64,000 nucleotides of DNA from Clostridia bacterium (GTDB lineage Bacteria; Bacillota; Clostridia; TANB77; UBA1234), in assembly GCA_017518295.1 (NCBI GenBank), contig JAFWVJ010000012.1, positions 44,102 to 108,101 on the forward strand, written 5' to 3'. This document shows positions 10,564-19,611 of the stretch, in pieces. Position numbers and translations under genes: made by a program. Positions within the stretch are counted from its first letter, which is position 1, and each line of letters starts with the position of its first letter. The notes beneath the pieces are model-generated. The model was not told the origin of the DNA. It made no database searches and worked only from the letters and a program-made list of their open reading frames with translations.

Positions 10564-12141
10564 ATGTTAAAAGATGGCCAAATTTTAGTAGGAAAAAGTG
10601 GAGAAAAAGAATTATGTATTTTGCCTCAAATGGCAAATAGACATGGATTGATAACTGGAGCTACAGGTAGTGGTAAAACTATTACTCTTAAAGTAATGGC
10701 AGAAAGCTTTTCTGATATGGGAGTTCCAGTATTTCTTTCAGATATTAAAGGGGATTTAGCTGGTACTTGTTTACCTGGAGAATCTTCAGAAAAATTAAAT
10801 TCAAGACTTCAAGGCTTGGGAATAGAGAATTTTAAGTATAAAAGCTTCCCAGTAGTATTTTGGGATGTTTTTGGAAAAGATGGTCATCCAGTAAGAGCTA
10901 CAATTCAAGATATTGATCCAGTTATTTTATCTAGGATGCTTGGATTATCTGAAGTTCAAGAAGGAGTTCTTGCGTTGGCACTTAGAATTGCCAAAGATAA
11001 AGAGATGCCAGTAATAGATTTAAAAGACTTAAGAACACTTTTAAATTATGTTGGTGAGAATAGAAAAGAATACACTATTAGCTATGGAAATATGTCTGCA
11101 CAAAGTATAGGAAGTATTCAAAGAAGCGTTATTCAACTTGAAGATCAAGGTGGAAATAGATTTTTTGGAGAACCTGCTTTAGACATTAATGACTTTTTAC
11201 AAGTTGATGGTAATGGAAATGGCAATATAAATATTCTTCATGCTGTCGAATTATTCAAACAACCTAACTTATACGCTACATTTATGCTTTGGCTTTTATC
11301 TACTTTAAATAATACTCTTCCAGAAGTAGGAGACTTAGATAAACCAAAGGTAGTATTCTTCTTTGATGAGGCACATTTGTTATTTAATGAATTACCAAGT
11401 TATATGCTTACAAAAATTACTCAAATAGTTAAACTAATTCGTTCAAAAGGAATAGGACTTTTCTTTATTTCTCAGACACCAAACGATATTCCAAACGAAA
11501 TATTAGCTCAACTTTCAAACAAAGTTCAACATACACTAAGAGCATATACACCTGCTGATCAAAAAGTAGTAAAAGCAGTTGCAAATTCATTTAGAGTAAA
11601 TCCTGAGTTTGATACTGAAGAAGCAATTTTAGGATTAGGTACTGGTGAAGCAATTATTTCTTTTGCAAATGCAAAAGGAGAACCTAATATATGCGAAAAA
11701 GCTACTATTTTGCCTCCACAAAGTAATATGGGCTCTATTGAAGATAGTGTAAGAGTAATGATGATGAGTAGAAGTAAATTCTATGGAAAATATGATACTG
11801 CTATAGATAGAGATTCTGCTTTTGAACAAATAAATGCTGAAGTGTCTGCAAAAGAGGAAGAAGAAAGATTAGCTCAAGAACAAAAAGAAAAAGAAAAACA
11901 AGAAGCAGAAGAAAAGAAACAAGCAGAGTTAGAAGCTAAACAAAAAGCAAAGGAAGAAAAAGAAGCAGAAAGAGAACGTATAGCAAAAGAGAAGGCTGAA
12001 GAGAAGAAAAAGAAAGAAGAAGAAAAGAAGAGAAAGAATTCTTTGACAGGTAAGATTGGTAAGAAGGTTGAAAATAAGGTAATTAATACAGCAGTAAATA
12101 AAGGAATTAATGCAATATTTAAAAATCTATTTAAAAAGTAG
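10564..12141 (+). CDS. DUF853/YjgR HerA-like P-loop ATPase
   Basis: ANRHGLITGATGSGKT, VFFFDEAH, LIRSKG; charged coiled-coil tail. Confidence 0.9.
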   Translation: MLKDGQILVGKSGEKELCILPQMANRHGLITGATGSGKTITLKVMAESFSDMGVPVFLSDIKGDLAGTCLPGESSEKLNSRLQGLGIENFKYKSFPVVFWDVFGKDGHPVRATIQDIDPVILSRMLGLSEVQEGVLALALRIAKDKEMPVIDLKDLRTLLNYVGENRKEYTISYGNMSAQSIGSIQRSVIQLEDQGGNRFFGEPALDINDFLQVDGNGNGNINILHAVELFKQPNLYATFMLWLLSTLNNTLPEVGDLDKPKVVFFFDEAHLLFNELPSYMLTKITQIVKLIRSKGIGLFFISQTPNDIPNEILAQLSNKVQHTLRAYTPADQKVVKAVANSFRVNPEFDTEEAILGLGTGEAIISFANAKGEPNICEKATILPPQSNMGSIEDSVRVMMMSRSKFYGKYDTAIDRDSAFEQINAEVSAKEEEERLAQEQKEKEKQEAEEKKQAELEAKQKAKEEKEAERERIAKEKAEEKKKKEEEKKRKNSLTGKIGKKVENKVINTAVNKGINAIFKNLFKK

Positions 12142-12156
12142 AATTGAGGGTTAAAC

Positions 12157-12960
12157 TTGAAAAATTACATATTATTTGGTTGTATATTTTATATATTGCT
12201 ATGTTTATCTATATATGCTGATGCGGATAATTTAGTAAGTTCTTTCTTCGAAAATTACCCAATAATAGCAATTATGATTTTTATTGCTTGTATATTATAT
12301 ATCATTCGCTTTTTGATGGGGATTCACAAGCAAGTGAAAATTAATGCAGAAAAGTTAAAGAAATCTGAAGAATTAAATCAAAGACTTTTAGAAGAGATGA
12401 ATGAAGAAAACATAAAAAGCGCTAAAATAGGTACCCCAATTGCACGAATCAAAAAGAAACATGAAGATTTTTCAGATACAAACTTTTATTACTCTACTAA
12501 GGGGATTATAGATGATTTTTTTATTGCATTAAATTCAGATAGTATAGAAAAATTGGACTATTTTTGTACAAAAGATTTTATAGAAAGTGAAAAGTATAAA
12601 ATAATAAATAAAGATAATATATTTATTAATTATTTGTTTGATAGAAGAAAACTAGCTATTGTAGATTATAAAGATGACACAGATGAAATTGTGTTAGAAA
12701 CTAGTTACAAGAAAAGGAAAACTATGTCTGATGTTAAAACAGGAGAAGAAATAAAAGGATTAACAAGGTTTGTAAATAAAACAATTTATGTAAGTGTTGT
12801 AGAATCAAGTAAGTATTCAAAAGATGCTGTCCATTGTCCTAATTGCGGTGCACCATTAGATTATTATTTAGCAACAAGGTGCAATTATTGTAAAAATGAT
12901 ATCGTTTTTAATAGAGAATGGATAATTAATGATTTGGAGGAATCACATATTAATGGATAA
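12157..12960 (+). CDS. membrane protein with Tim44-like domain and Zn ribbon
   Basis: 2 TM helices; HEDFS..F; CPNCGAP..CNYC..EWII. Confidence 0.6.
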   Translation: MKNYILFGCIFYILLCLSIYADADNLVSSFFENYPIIAIMIFIACILYIIRFLMGIHKQVKINAEKLKKSEELNQRLLEEMNEENIKSAKIGTPIARIKKKHEDFSDTNFYYSTKGIIDDFFIALNSDSIEKLDYFCTKDFIESEKYKIINKDNIFINYLFDRRKLAIVDYKDDTDEIVLETSYKKRKTMSDVKTGEEIKGLTRFVNKTIYVSVVESSKYSKDAVHCPNCGAPLDYYLATRCNYCKNDIVFNREWIINDLEESHING

Positions 12961-13585
12961 AAGAGTGATGAGTTTTAAAACAGATGATACATTTGCTGAG
13001 ATTCAAAGAATTTTTAAAGCAGCACTAATTGCTTATGGTAATAAAGACTTTAAACAAATGAAGAATTATGAAGTAGATGCACTAATAAATAGGCAAACAT
13101 TTGCAAGCGAAAATTATAAAAAAATGGGTATAAAAGAAATAATGAGTAGGATCATTTGTTTAAAGCCAACCACCATAAATGTGAAGGTTGACAAAAATGA
13201 TGACATTAGAGTAGAGGCAATTGTTCCTGTTTCGTTAGAAAGATATATAATAGATGAAAGCACTGGTGAGGTTCTTGATGGAATAAAAGAATGTATTAAT
13301 ACTTATTCATATAAAGTTGTTTTAGTAGAAAATAAGAAATATGATAAAAATTTGATATGCGAGAACTGTGGTGCTGAAATTAGTAAAGATACTGAAAAGT
13401 GTCCATATTGCAAAACTATTAATTCAAATAAAGATAATAGGCTATTAATTGCAGATATTATTGAAAATTCAGAAAAAAGTGGTGTGATTGATTATTATCA
13501 AAAACGTGAAAAAGAAAGAATAGAAAGAGTTAAATCAGAAAATAGAATGATGGCTGAAGAGGAAAGAAGAAAACACCTATTTTAA
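12929..13585 (+). CDS. Tim44-like/Zn-ribbon protein (paralog-like); likely start ATG 12953
   Basis: YIIDESTGEVLDG; CENCGAE..CPYC. Confidence 0.6.
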   Translation: MIWRNHILMDKRVMSFKTDDTFAEIQRIFKAALIAYGNKDFKQMKNYEVDALINRQTFASENYKKMGIKEIMSRIICLKPTTINVKVDKNDDIRVEAIVPVSLERYIIDESTGEVLDGIKECINTYSYKVVLVENKKYDKNLICENCGAEISKDTEKCPYCKTINSNKDNRLLIADIIENSEKSGVIDYYQKREKERIERVKSENRMMAEEERRKHLF

Positions 13586-13660
13586 TTTTATAACTAATAG
13601 TTGACATTTAGCTTTTCAAAAATTATACTTGATTATGTACTTAGATAGTATAGTTTAAAT

Positions 13661-13736
13661 TCCTCCTTAGCTCAGTTGGTAGAGCGCTCGGCTGTTAACC
13701 GATAGGTCGTAGGTTCGAGTCCTACAGGGGGAGCCA
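13661..13736 (+). tRNA. tRNA-Asn(GTT)
   Basis: 76 nt cloverleaf, TAGCTCAGTTGGTAGAGC, anticodon loop CTGTTAA, GGTTCGAGTCC, encoded CCA. Confidence 0.97.
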
Positions 13737-13805
13737 TGTGAAAAAAGAGGTGGTTTTTAGAAAGCTACCTCTTTTTGAATATTTATTTACCAAGGAGAAA
13801 TAGAT

Positions 13806-14453
13806 ATGTTAAATACTAAAGGAATGACTAAAGCAAAGTATAAAGATTGTTCAATAAATAAAATAAAGAAAGAATATGCAAAGATTATTGAAAAGAATAA
13901 ATTTAAAAATATAGAACAACAAATGCAACATGATATTGATAATGCTTTGTATTCTGATTATGGATTAGCACTTAATATTACAACTGGTAATATAAAAATG
14001 ATAAGTGCTTACGATGCACAATCAGCTAGTGAATTACAAGAGTTAATTAAAGAAAAAACTGGCGAAAAATATATTGTAGAAGATAAAACATATTATTATA
14101 GTGCAGATGATTTAATTGACTATGTTGCAAAAAAATCTGGTGATGTTTCAATGGGTGAAACTTTAAAAAAGTTTTTTAACTCTTTAGATGATGAAAAGCA
14201 TATGCGTATAAATATTGAAGAATATAAAAGCATGATTAAAGAAAGGTTTAAGGACAAATCGGAAGAAGAGATAAATGAATTAGCAAATAAATTTAGACAA
14301 CTATATAAAACGGAAATTCTTTTAATACTAGCTAATAAAAAGAATAAAGATTTGCTTAATGAATTGATAGAAAAATTAGTAGGAGATTATGATCCTGAAA
14401 AATTATATAATGATTTTTACATAGCAGCATATAGCACCAAATTACAAGGTTAA
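13806..14453 (+). CDS. hypothetical protein
   Basis: 215 aa ORF, RBS aaggag, followed by a terminator hairpin at 14473-14505. Confidence 0.65.
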   Translation: MLNTKGMTKAKYKDCSINKIKKEYAKIIEKNKFKNIEQQMQHDIDNALYSDYGLALNITTGNIKMISAYDAQSASELQELIKEKTGEKYIVEDKTYYYSADDLIDYVAKKSGDVSMGETLKKFFNSLDDEKHMRINIEEYKSMIKERFKDKSEEEINELANKFRQLYKTEILLILANKKNKDLLNELIEKLVGDYDPEKLYNDFYIAAYSTKLQG

Positions 14454-14562
14454 TAAAAATAATAGATAAAACAAAACCGACTAGTAAATATACTGGTCGG
14501 TTTTTGTTCGTGTCCCCAAAAAGGAACTCTTTTCTAATTTTTTAAGTGTCCTCAAAAAAGAA

Positions 14563-14925
14563 TTAGGGTACGTGGTGCGGAAGGGGTTTCATGCATACAT
14601 AGATTTCGGGATCTCCATCACTGGAAAGTGGGATAAATCCATATGTGGGTTTATCGGCAACTGCTTCCACATTGTAACAAGCTGAGATAAGTTCAACCAA
14701 AGTAGGTTCTCTTTTTGCAAGTTCTTCCATCACATCATACTTAATCTTAAATTCAATTTCTGAAATAGCAGGGAAGATGATCCTCAAGTAATCGGGGTAA
14801 GGATCAAATCTTACAAAAACTCTATCAATCTCATCCACATAATAACGATCTTCAGAAAAATTATCTTCTTCTCGAGGCAATCTGCCTTCTATAAATTTGT
14901 CTGCCCGAGGGTTTCTAAATTTCAC
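14563..14925 (-). CDS. hypothetical protein
   Basis: GTG start with strong RBS aaggagg. Confidence 0.6.
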   Translation of the reverse strand: MKFRNPRADKFIEGRLPREEDNFSEDRYYVDEIDRVFVRFDPYPDYLRIIFPAISEIEFKIKYDVMEELAKREPTLVELISACYNVEAVADKPTYGFIPLSSDGDPEIYVCMKPLPHHVP

Positions 14926-15033
14926 CGTTATTCCTCCTTAAAGAAAATTTCTTTAAAAATCAAAAAAAGTGGTATAAAGTTGCAAGAACTTTTATACCAC
15001 GAATAGGCTTATTTGTAAATAAAGCTTGAATAT

Positions 15034-15534
15034 TTATTTGTCAAAATATGGGCTTTCTTCTAGCAAGCCATCGAAATTTGCTTGCTTTAGCACCTCGTAA
15101 AGAACTATTGCCACTGAATTAGATAAATTTAAAGACCTAAGAGAAGCTCTCATTGGAATTCTACAAGCATGTTCAAAATTATCTAAAATCAAACTTTCTG
15201 GCAAGCCTTTTGTTTCTTTTCCAAATAACAAGAATACTTCATCAAATTTTGAATAATCTATATCTGAATAAACATGTTTTCCTTTGGTTGTTAAAAAGAA
15301 CATATTATTATCTCTTGGCGGATATTTTTCTAAAAACTTTTCTAAAGAATCATGTTCTTCAATTTCAACTTTATCCCAATAATCTAGTCCAGCTCTTTTA
15401 ACTTGTTTTTCTGAAATATCAAAACCAAGAGGGTGGACTAAATGAAGTTTAGCTCCAGTTGCTGCACATGAGCGAGCAATATTTCCAGTGTTTTGTGGAA
15501 TCTCTGGTTCAACCATTACGATGTTAATTTTCAT
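15034..15534 (-). CDS. trmL: tRNA (cytidine/uridine-2'-O)-methyltransferase
   Basis: PEIPQNTGNIAR, RAGLDYW, FGKETKGLP, RSLNLSNS; start moved to MKINIV. Confidence 0.93.
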   Translation of the reverse strand: MKINIVMVEPEIPQNTGNIARSCAATGAKLHLVHPLGFDISEKQVKRAGLDYWDKVEIEEHDSLEKFLEKYPPRDNNMFFLTTKGKHVYSDIDYSKFDEVFLLFGKETKGLPESLILDNFEHACRIPMRASLRSLNLSNSVAIVLYEVLKQANFDGLLEESPYFDK

Positions 15535-15538
15535 TTTT

Positions 15539-15712
15539 TTATAATTCACCTCTGTCCATTTGCTTTCTTGCTTTTGAATTTCTGTCATACATAGCTTTTC
15601 TCTTTTTTCCTTCACGAGTTTTTGCTGTTTGGTTTATTTCACCATTTTCTTTTTTGTTCTTAAGCCAAAGAGCATGCTTTAATTCTTTTAATGATTTTTT
15701 ATTATCTGCCAT
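15539..15712 (-). CDS. small basic hypothetical protein
   Basis: RBS ggagtg upstream of MADNKK; stop lies 4 nt before the trmL start. Confidence 0.5.
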   Translation of the reverse strand: MADNKKSLKELKHALWLKNKKENGEINQTAKTREGKKRKAMYDRNSKARKQMDRGEL

Positions 15713-15969
15713 ATTTATCACTCCATTCGTCTTACGTTTACATAACTTATTATAAAACCTTTATTTTGTAATTTCAATAGATTAAATCATTATAAAAAAT
15801 TATAAATATTATGTCAAAAACTAATAAAAATATATGTGTTGTATTATTAAATCATTAATTGTAAAATATTTAAGGAGAATTTTTTGTTTATTTACAAGGA
15901 AAAATTCAACTTTTAAATACAAAAGACAAATCATTTAATTAATTTCTTAAATTGATTTGGAGGATATGA

Positions 15970-16992
15970 ATGTTTGGTTTTGGAAAAGCCATTGGAATAG
16001 ATTTAGGTACAGCTACAATTTTAGTGCATGTTAAAGGTAAAGGCATTGTTTTAAAAGAACCTTCAGTTGTTGCTATTGATAAAAATACTAATGAAGTAGT
16101 TGCAGTTGGACAAGAAGCAAGAAAGATGCTTGGTAGAACTCCTGGTAACATTGTTGCGATTAGACCATTAAAAGATGGAGTAATTTCGGATTATACTGTA
16201 ACAGAAAAAATGCTTAAGTATTTTATTCATAAAGTTTGCGGTACTTTTGTTTTTTCGCCAACTCTTATGGTATGTATTCCATCAGGAGTAACAGAGGTTG
16301 AAAAGAAAGCAGTAGTTGATGCATCAGTTCAAGCTGGTGCAGGAAAAGTATATCTTATAGAAGAACCTATTGCTGCAGCTATTGGGGCTGGTATTGATAT
16401 TACTAAAGCTTGTGGAAGTATGGTTGTAGACATGGGAGGAGGTACCACAGATATTGCTGTTATCTCGCTTGGCGGTGCAGTTGTTTCAGATTCTATTAAA
16501 GTGGCAGGAGATAAATTTGATGAAGCAATAGTTAAATATATTAAGCGTACATATAATGTAATCATTGGAGAAAAAACAGCAGAAGAACTTAAGATAAATA
16601 TTGGGAGTGTTTTCCCAAGAACACAAAAATTGGAAATGGATGTTAGAGGAAGAGATTTAAGTACAGGACTTCCAGTTACACTTGCTGTTAATTCTGATGA
16701 CATTTTAGAAGCATTATATGAACCATCAATGAAGATCGTTGAAGCTGTTTTTGGAGTTTTGGAAAAAACCCCACCAGAACTTTCTGCAGATATTTCTGAT
16801 AGAGGTATCTATATGACAGGTGGTGGATGTTTGGTTTATGGCTTTGATAAACTTATTGAACAAAAGACAGGTATTCCAGTAATGATTGCAGAAGAATCAG
16901 TTTCTTGTGTTGCTATAGGGACAGGAAAAGCTTTGGAAGATGATAATATGTTAGTTAAGCTTGCTGCACAACAAAGAAGAGTAAAATACTAA
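15970..16992 (+). CDS. mreB: rod shape-determining protein MreB/Mbl
   Basis: IGIDLGTA, EPSVVA, RPLKDGVI, DMGGGTTD, TPPELSADI. Confidence 0.95.
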   Translation: MFGFGKAIGIDLGTATILVHVKGKGIVLKEPSVVAIDKNTNEVVAVGQEARKMLGRTPGNIVAIRPLKDGVISDYTVTEKMLKYFIHKVCGTFVFSPTLMVCIPSGVTEVEKKAVVDASVQAGAGKVYLIEEPIAAAIGAGIDITKACGSMVVDMGGGTTDIAVISLGGAVVSDSIKVAGDKFDEAIVKYIKRTYNVIIGEKTAEELKINIGSVFPRTQKLEMDVRGRDLSTGLPVTLAVNSDDILEALYEPSMKIVEAVFGVLEKTPPELSADISDRGIYMTGGGCLVYGFDKLIEQKTGIPVMIAEESVSCVAIGTGKALEDDNMLVKLAAQQRRVKY

Positions 16993-17148
16993 ATAAAAAT
17001 ATTGAATTTTAAGATATAAATAATAAAGAGATGGTATATGTTTTGAAAAGCCCACCTACCCGTCGCTACGCGACAGCCTACTTTTTAAAACATATACCAT
17101 CTCTATTTTTATAAAATCAAAATACTAATTCAATATTTTTATTTAGTA
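16987..17148. repeat. giant stop-to-stop hairpin with conserved 42 bp core (family A, copy 1)
   Basis: 22 bp perfect IR 16987-17008/17127-17148; 18 bp IR 17027-17044/17087-17104; core related to 22488-22529. Confidence 0.85.
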
Positions 17149-18512
17149 ATTTCGTGAGAAATCTTGGTTACTGTTCCAGCACCGATTGTTAAAACGATGT
17201 CGCCTTCTTGTACATTTTCTTTTAAGTAATCCTCACAACTTTCAAAAGAACTCATATACATACAGTTGCTAGAAACTTCGTTGATTGCATCAGCTAAATT
17301 TTCAGAAGTAGTTTCTCCATCAAACTTTTCACGAGCAGCATAAATATCTAAAAGTAACATATTATCTGCATCTTCAAATGTATGAGTAAATTCATTCCAT
17401 AAAGATTTTGTTCTTGAATAAGTATGTGGTTGGAATACAACCCAAATTTTATTATGAGGTAAGTTTAATGCTGATTTAATTGTTGCTTTAATTTCAGTTG
17501 GGTGATGAGCATAGTCATCAAATACTCTTGCACCATTTAACATGCCTCTATATTCAAATCTTCTAGAAGCACCTGTAAATTCTTCTAAAGATTTTTTAAT
17601 TGTTTCTAAATCGATACCATGTGCTCGTGATGTTGCAATTGTTGCTAAAGCATTTAAAATATTATGATATCCAACAACATTTAAATCTATACTTATTTCT
17701 TCGTAACCATTTGTTGCTTTGAATGAATAAAATCCAGTATCGTTTAATTTAATATCAGTTGCAACCCAATCGGCTTGTGTATTTTTAATTGCAAAAGAGA
17801 TAGTTTTGCATTTTAAATCTTTTACAACTTCAACACAATTTGGATCATCAGCATTGTAAATAACAAATCCTCTTTCTGGAACTTTTTCTACAAATTTTTT
17901 AAAAGATGCTTTTATTGCATTTATATCTTTGAAATAATCTAAATGATCTTCTTCTATGTTTAATAAAGCAACAGTTTCTGGATGAAACTTTAAAAAGCTA
18001 TCTACGTACTCACAAGACTCAATTATTAAATATGGATATTTTCCAATTCTATAATTTCCATTTAATTGTTTTAAATCGGCACCTACTTGAACATAAGGAT
18101 CTTTTCCACCGTTTATAAAAGCTATTGAAATCATTGAGGTAGTCGTGGTTTTTCCGTGAGTGCCACAAATACTAACTGTTTCTTTAGAAAGAAGAGTAAT
18201 TTCTCCTAAAAATTCACTTCTTTCCATAGTTTTTATATTAAATTTATGAGCTTCAACAAGCTCTGGATTATCTTGCTTAACAGCTGCAGTGTATACAACT
18301 AAATCAGCTCCGTGTACATTTTCTTCTTTGTGACCAATCATTATTTCAATTCCGTTTTGAGCTAGCTTTTGAGTAGCTTCGCTTTCTACCATATCTGAAC
18401 CAGATATTTTATAGCCCATGCTAAGAGCAATTTCGGCTAAACCACTCATAGAAACGCCACCAACACCAATAAAATGTATCTTTTTACCTTTTTCTAATTC
18501 TTCAAATAACAT
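17139..18512 (-). CDS. murC: UDP-N-acetylmuramate--L-alanine ligase
   Basis: IHFIGVGGVSMSGLA, GTHGKTTTTS, DDYAHHPTEI, FQPHTYSRT. Confidence 0.97.
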   Translation of the reverse strand: MLFEELEKGKKIHFIGVGGVSMSGLAEIALSMGYKISGSDMVESEATQKLAQNGIEIMIGHKEENVHGADLVVYTAAVKQDNPELVEAHKFNIKTMERSEFLGEITLLSKETVSICGTHGKTTTTSMISIAFINGGKDPYVQVGADLKQLNGNYRIGKYPYLIIESCEYVDSFLKFHPETVALLNIEEDHLDYFKDINAIKASFKKFVEKVPERGFVIYNADDPNCVEVVKDLKCKTISFAIKNTQADWVATDIKLNDTGFYSFKATNGYEEISIDLNVVGYHNILNALATIATSRAHGIDLETIKKSLEEFTGASRRFEYRGMLNGARVFDDYAHHPTEIKATIKSALNLPHNKIWVVFQPHTYSRTKSLWNEFTHTFEDADNMLLLDIYAAREKFDGETTSENLADAINEVSSNCMYMSSFESCEDYLKENVQEGDIVLTIGAGTVTKISHEITK

Positions 18513-18687
18513 ATAAAATTGCCTCCTAATAGAGTGATGTTTAAAACTACTAAATTATACAGTTTTGATGGATTTTTTTCAATACTAGCAAAGTTTACAT
18601 AAAATTTTAAAATATTTCTTTAAAATATATAAATAATGTGGTAAAATACATGAAGTGTTCTAAATTTCTTTATATGGAGGAGATTTT

Positions 18688-19065
18688 ATGGCGGATAGAA
18701 TAATATGGAAAGCTAGAAAAAGAAATCTTTTATTTTTTGGATTACCATGGACTTTTACAGTATATTCACTAGATGAAGATACTTTTAATATAACTAAAGG
18801 ATTCCTTAATATGACATATGAAGAGATAAAACTTTATAAAATAAGGGATTTTACAATTAATAGAAATCTATTACAAAGAATTTTTGGCCTTGGCACCATT
18901 CATATTTGTAGCGCAGATAGCTCTACACCAGAATTTGATGTTATGAATGTTAAAGATGTTATGGAAGTTAAAAAAATTATTGCTGCACAGGTTGAAAATG
19001 CTAGAGAGGCATCTGGAGTTACTACATCGGAATTCTATGTTACAGATAGGCCAGGACAACACTAA
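18688..19065 (+). CDS. bacterial PH-domain protein
   Basis: GLPWTFTVY..EIKLYKIRD..LLQRIFGLGTI pattern. Confidence 0.75.
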   Translation: MADRIIWKARKRNLLFFGLPWTFTVYSLDEDTFNITKGFLNMTYEEIKLYKIRDFTINRNLLQRIFGLGTIHICSADSSTPEFDVMNVKDVMEVKKIIAAQVENAREASGVTTSEFYVTDRPGQH

Positions 19066-19167
19066 AATTAGAGCTTTATAGCTATTTTGAGAAAAATTCG
19101 AAAAATATTGAAATTACTAAATAAATATGTTAATATTTAAAAGCTAAATGGCGAGGAGGTATATAAA

Positions 19168-19410
19168 ATGAGCACTATGACATATGTTTTCATAGCATTA
19201 CAAATAATTACAACTATTGCTGTTATTGTACTTGTTATGTTTCAACATCTTAAAGAAGGAGATGGACTTTCAGGTTCATCAAATGAAGGCGGATCAGGAA
19301 TGGGTATGAGTAATGAAAAGAGACTTTCAAGACTTACAATTATTTTTGGTATTGCTTTTGTTATATTTACTATAGTATCAAGCACATTGATTTATCAAGA
19401 TTTAAAATAA
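19168..19410 (+). CDS. secG: preprotein translocase subunit SecG
   Basis: 2 TM helices, LVMFQ..GLSG, LSRLTII; upstream of rnr. Confidence 0.85.
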   Translation: MSTMTYVFIALQIITTIAVIVLVMFQHLKEGDGLSGSSNEGGSGMGMSNEKRLSRLTIIFGIAFVIFTIVSSTLIYQDLK

Positions 19411-19450
19411 AGATATATTTGAGCCAGTCATTTTATGACTGGCATTTTTT

Positions 19451-19558
19451 ATTACTACGAAAGAATACGTTGCTATATAACGTTCGAAAACGTCCTGGGC
19501 TCGCCACGCTCGTGCGGAATGTTTTCTCACATTACATAGCAACATTCTTTCTTTTAAT
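19451..19558 (+). repeat. nested hairpin element (family B, copy 1)
   Basis: core CGAAAACGTCCTGGGCTC..TCGTGCGGAATGTTTTCT shared with 52131 and 63619 (opposite strand). Confidence 0.7.
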
Positions 19559-19611
19559 GTATATAATAAAAATGCTATAATAAAATGAGACTGGCTTAAG
19601 ATAAAGGAAAG

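Noticed and set aside
14510-14563. Short direct repeat gtgtccYcaaaaaRgaa
   Set aside because: Only two short imperfect copies; insufficient support
13661-14925. Integrative element at tRNA-Asn
   Set aside because: No integrase and no duplicated tRNA 3' end seen
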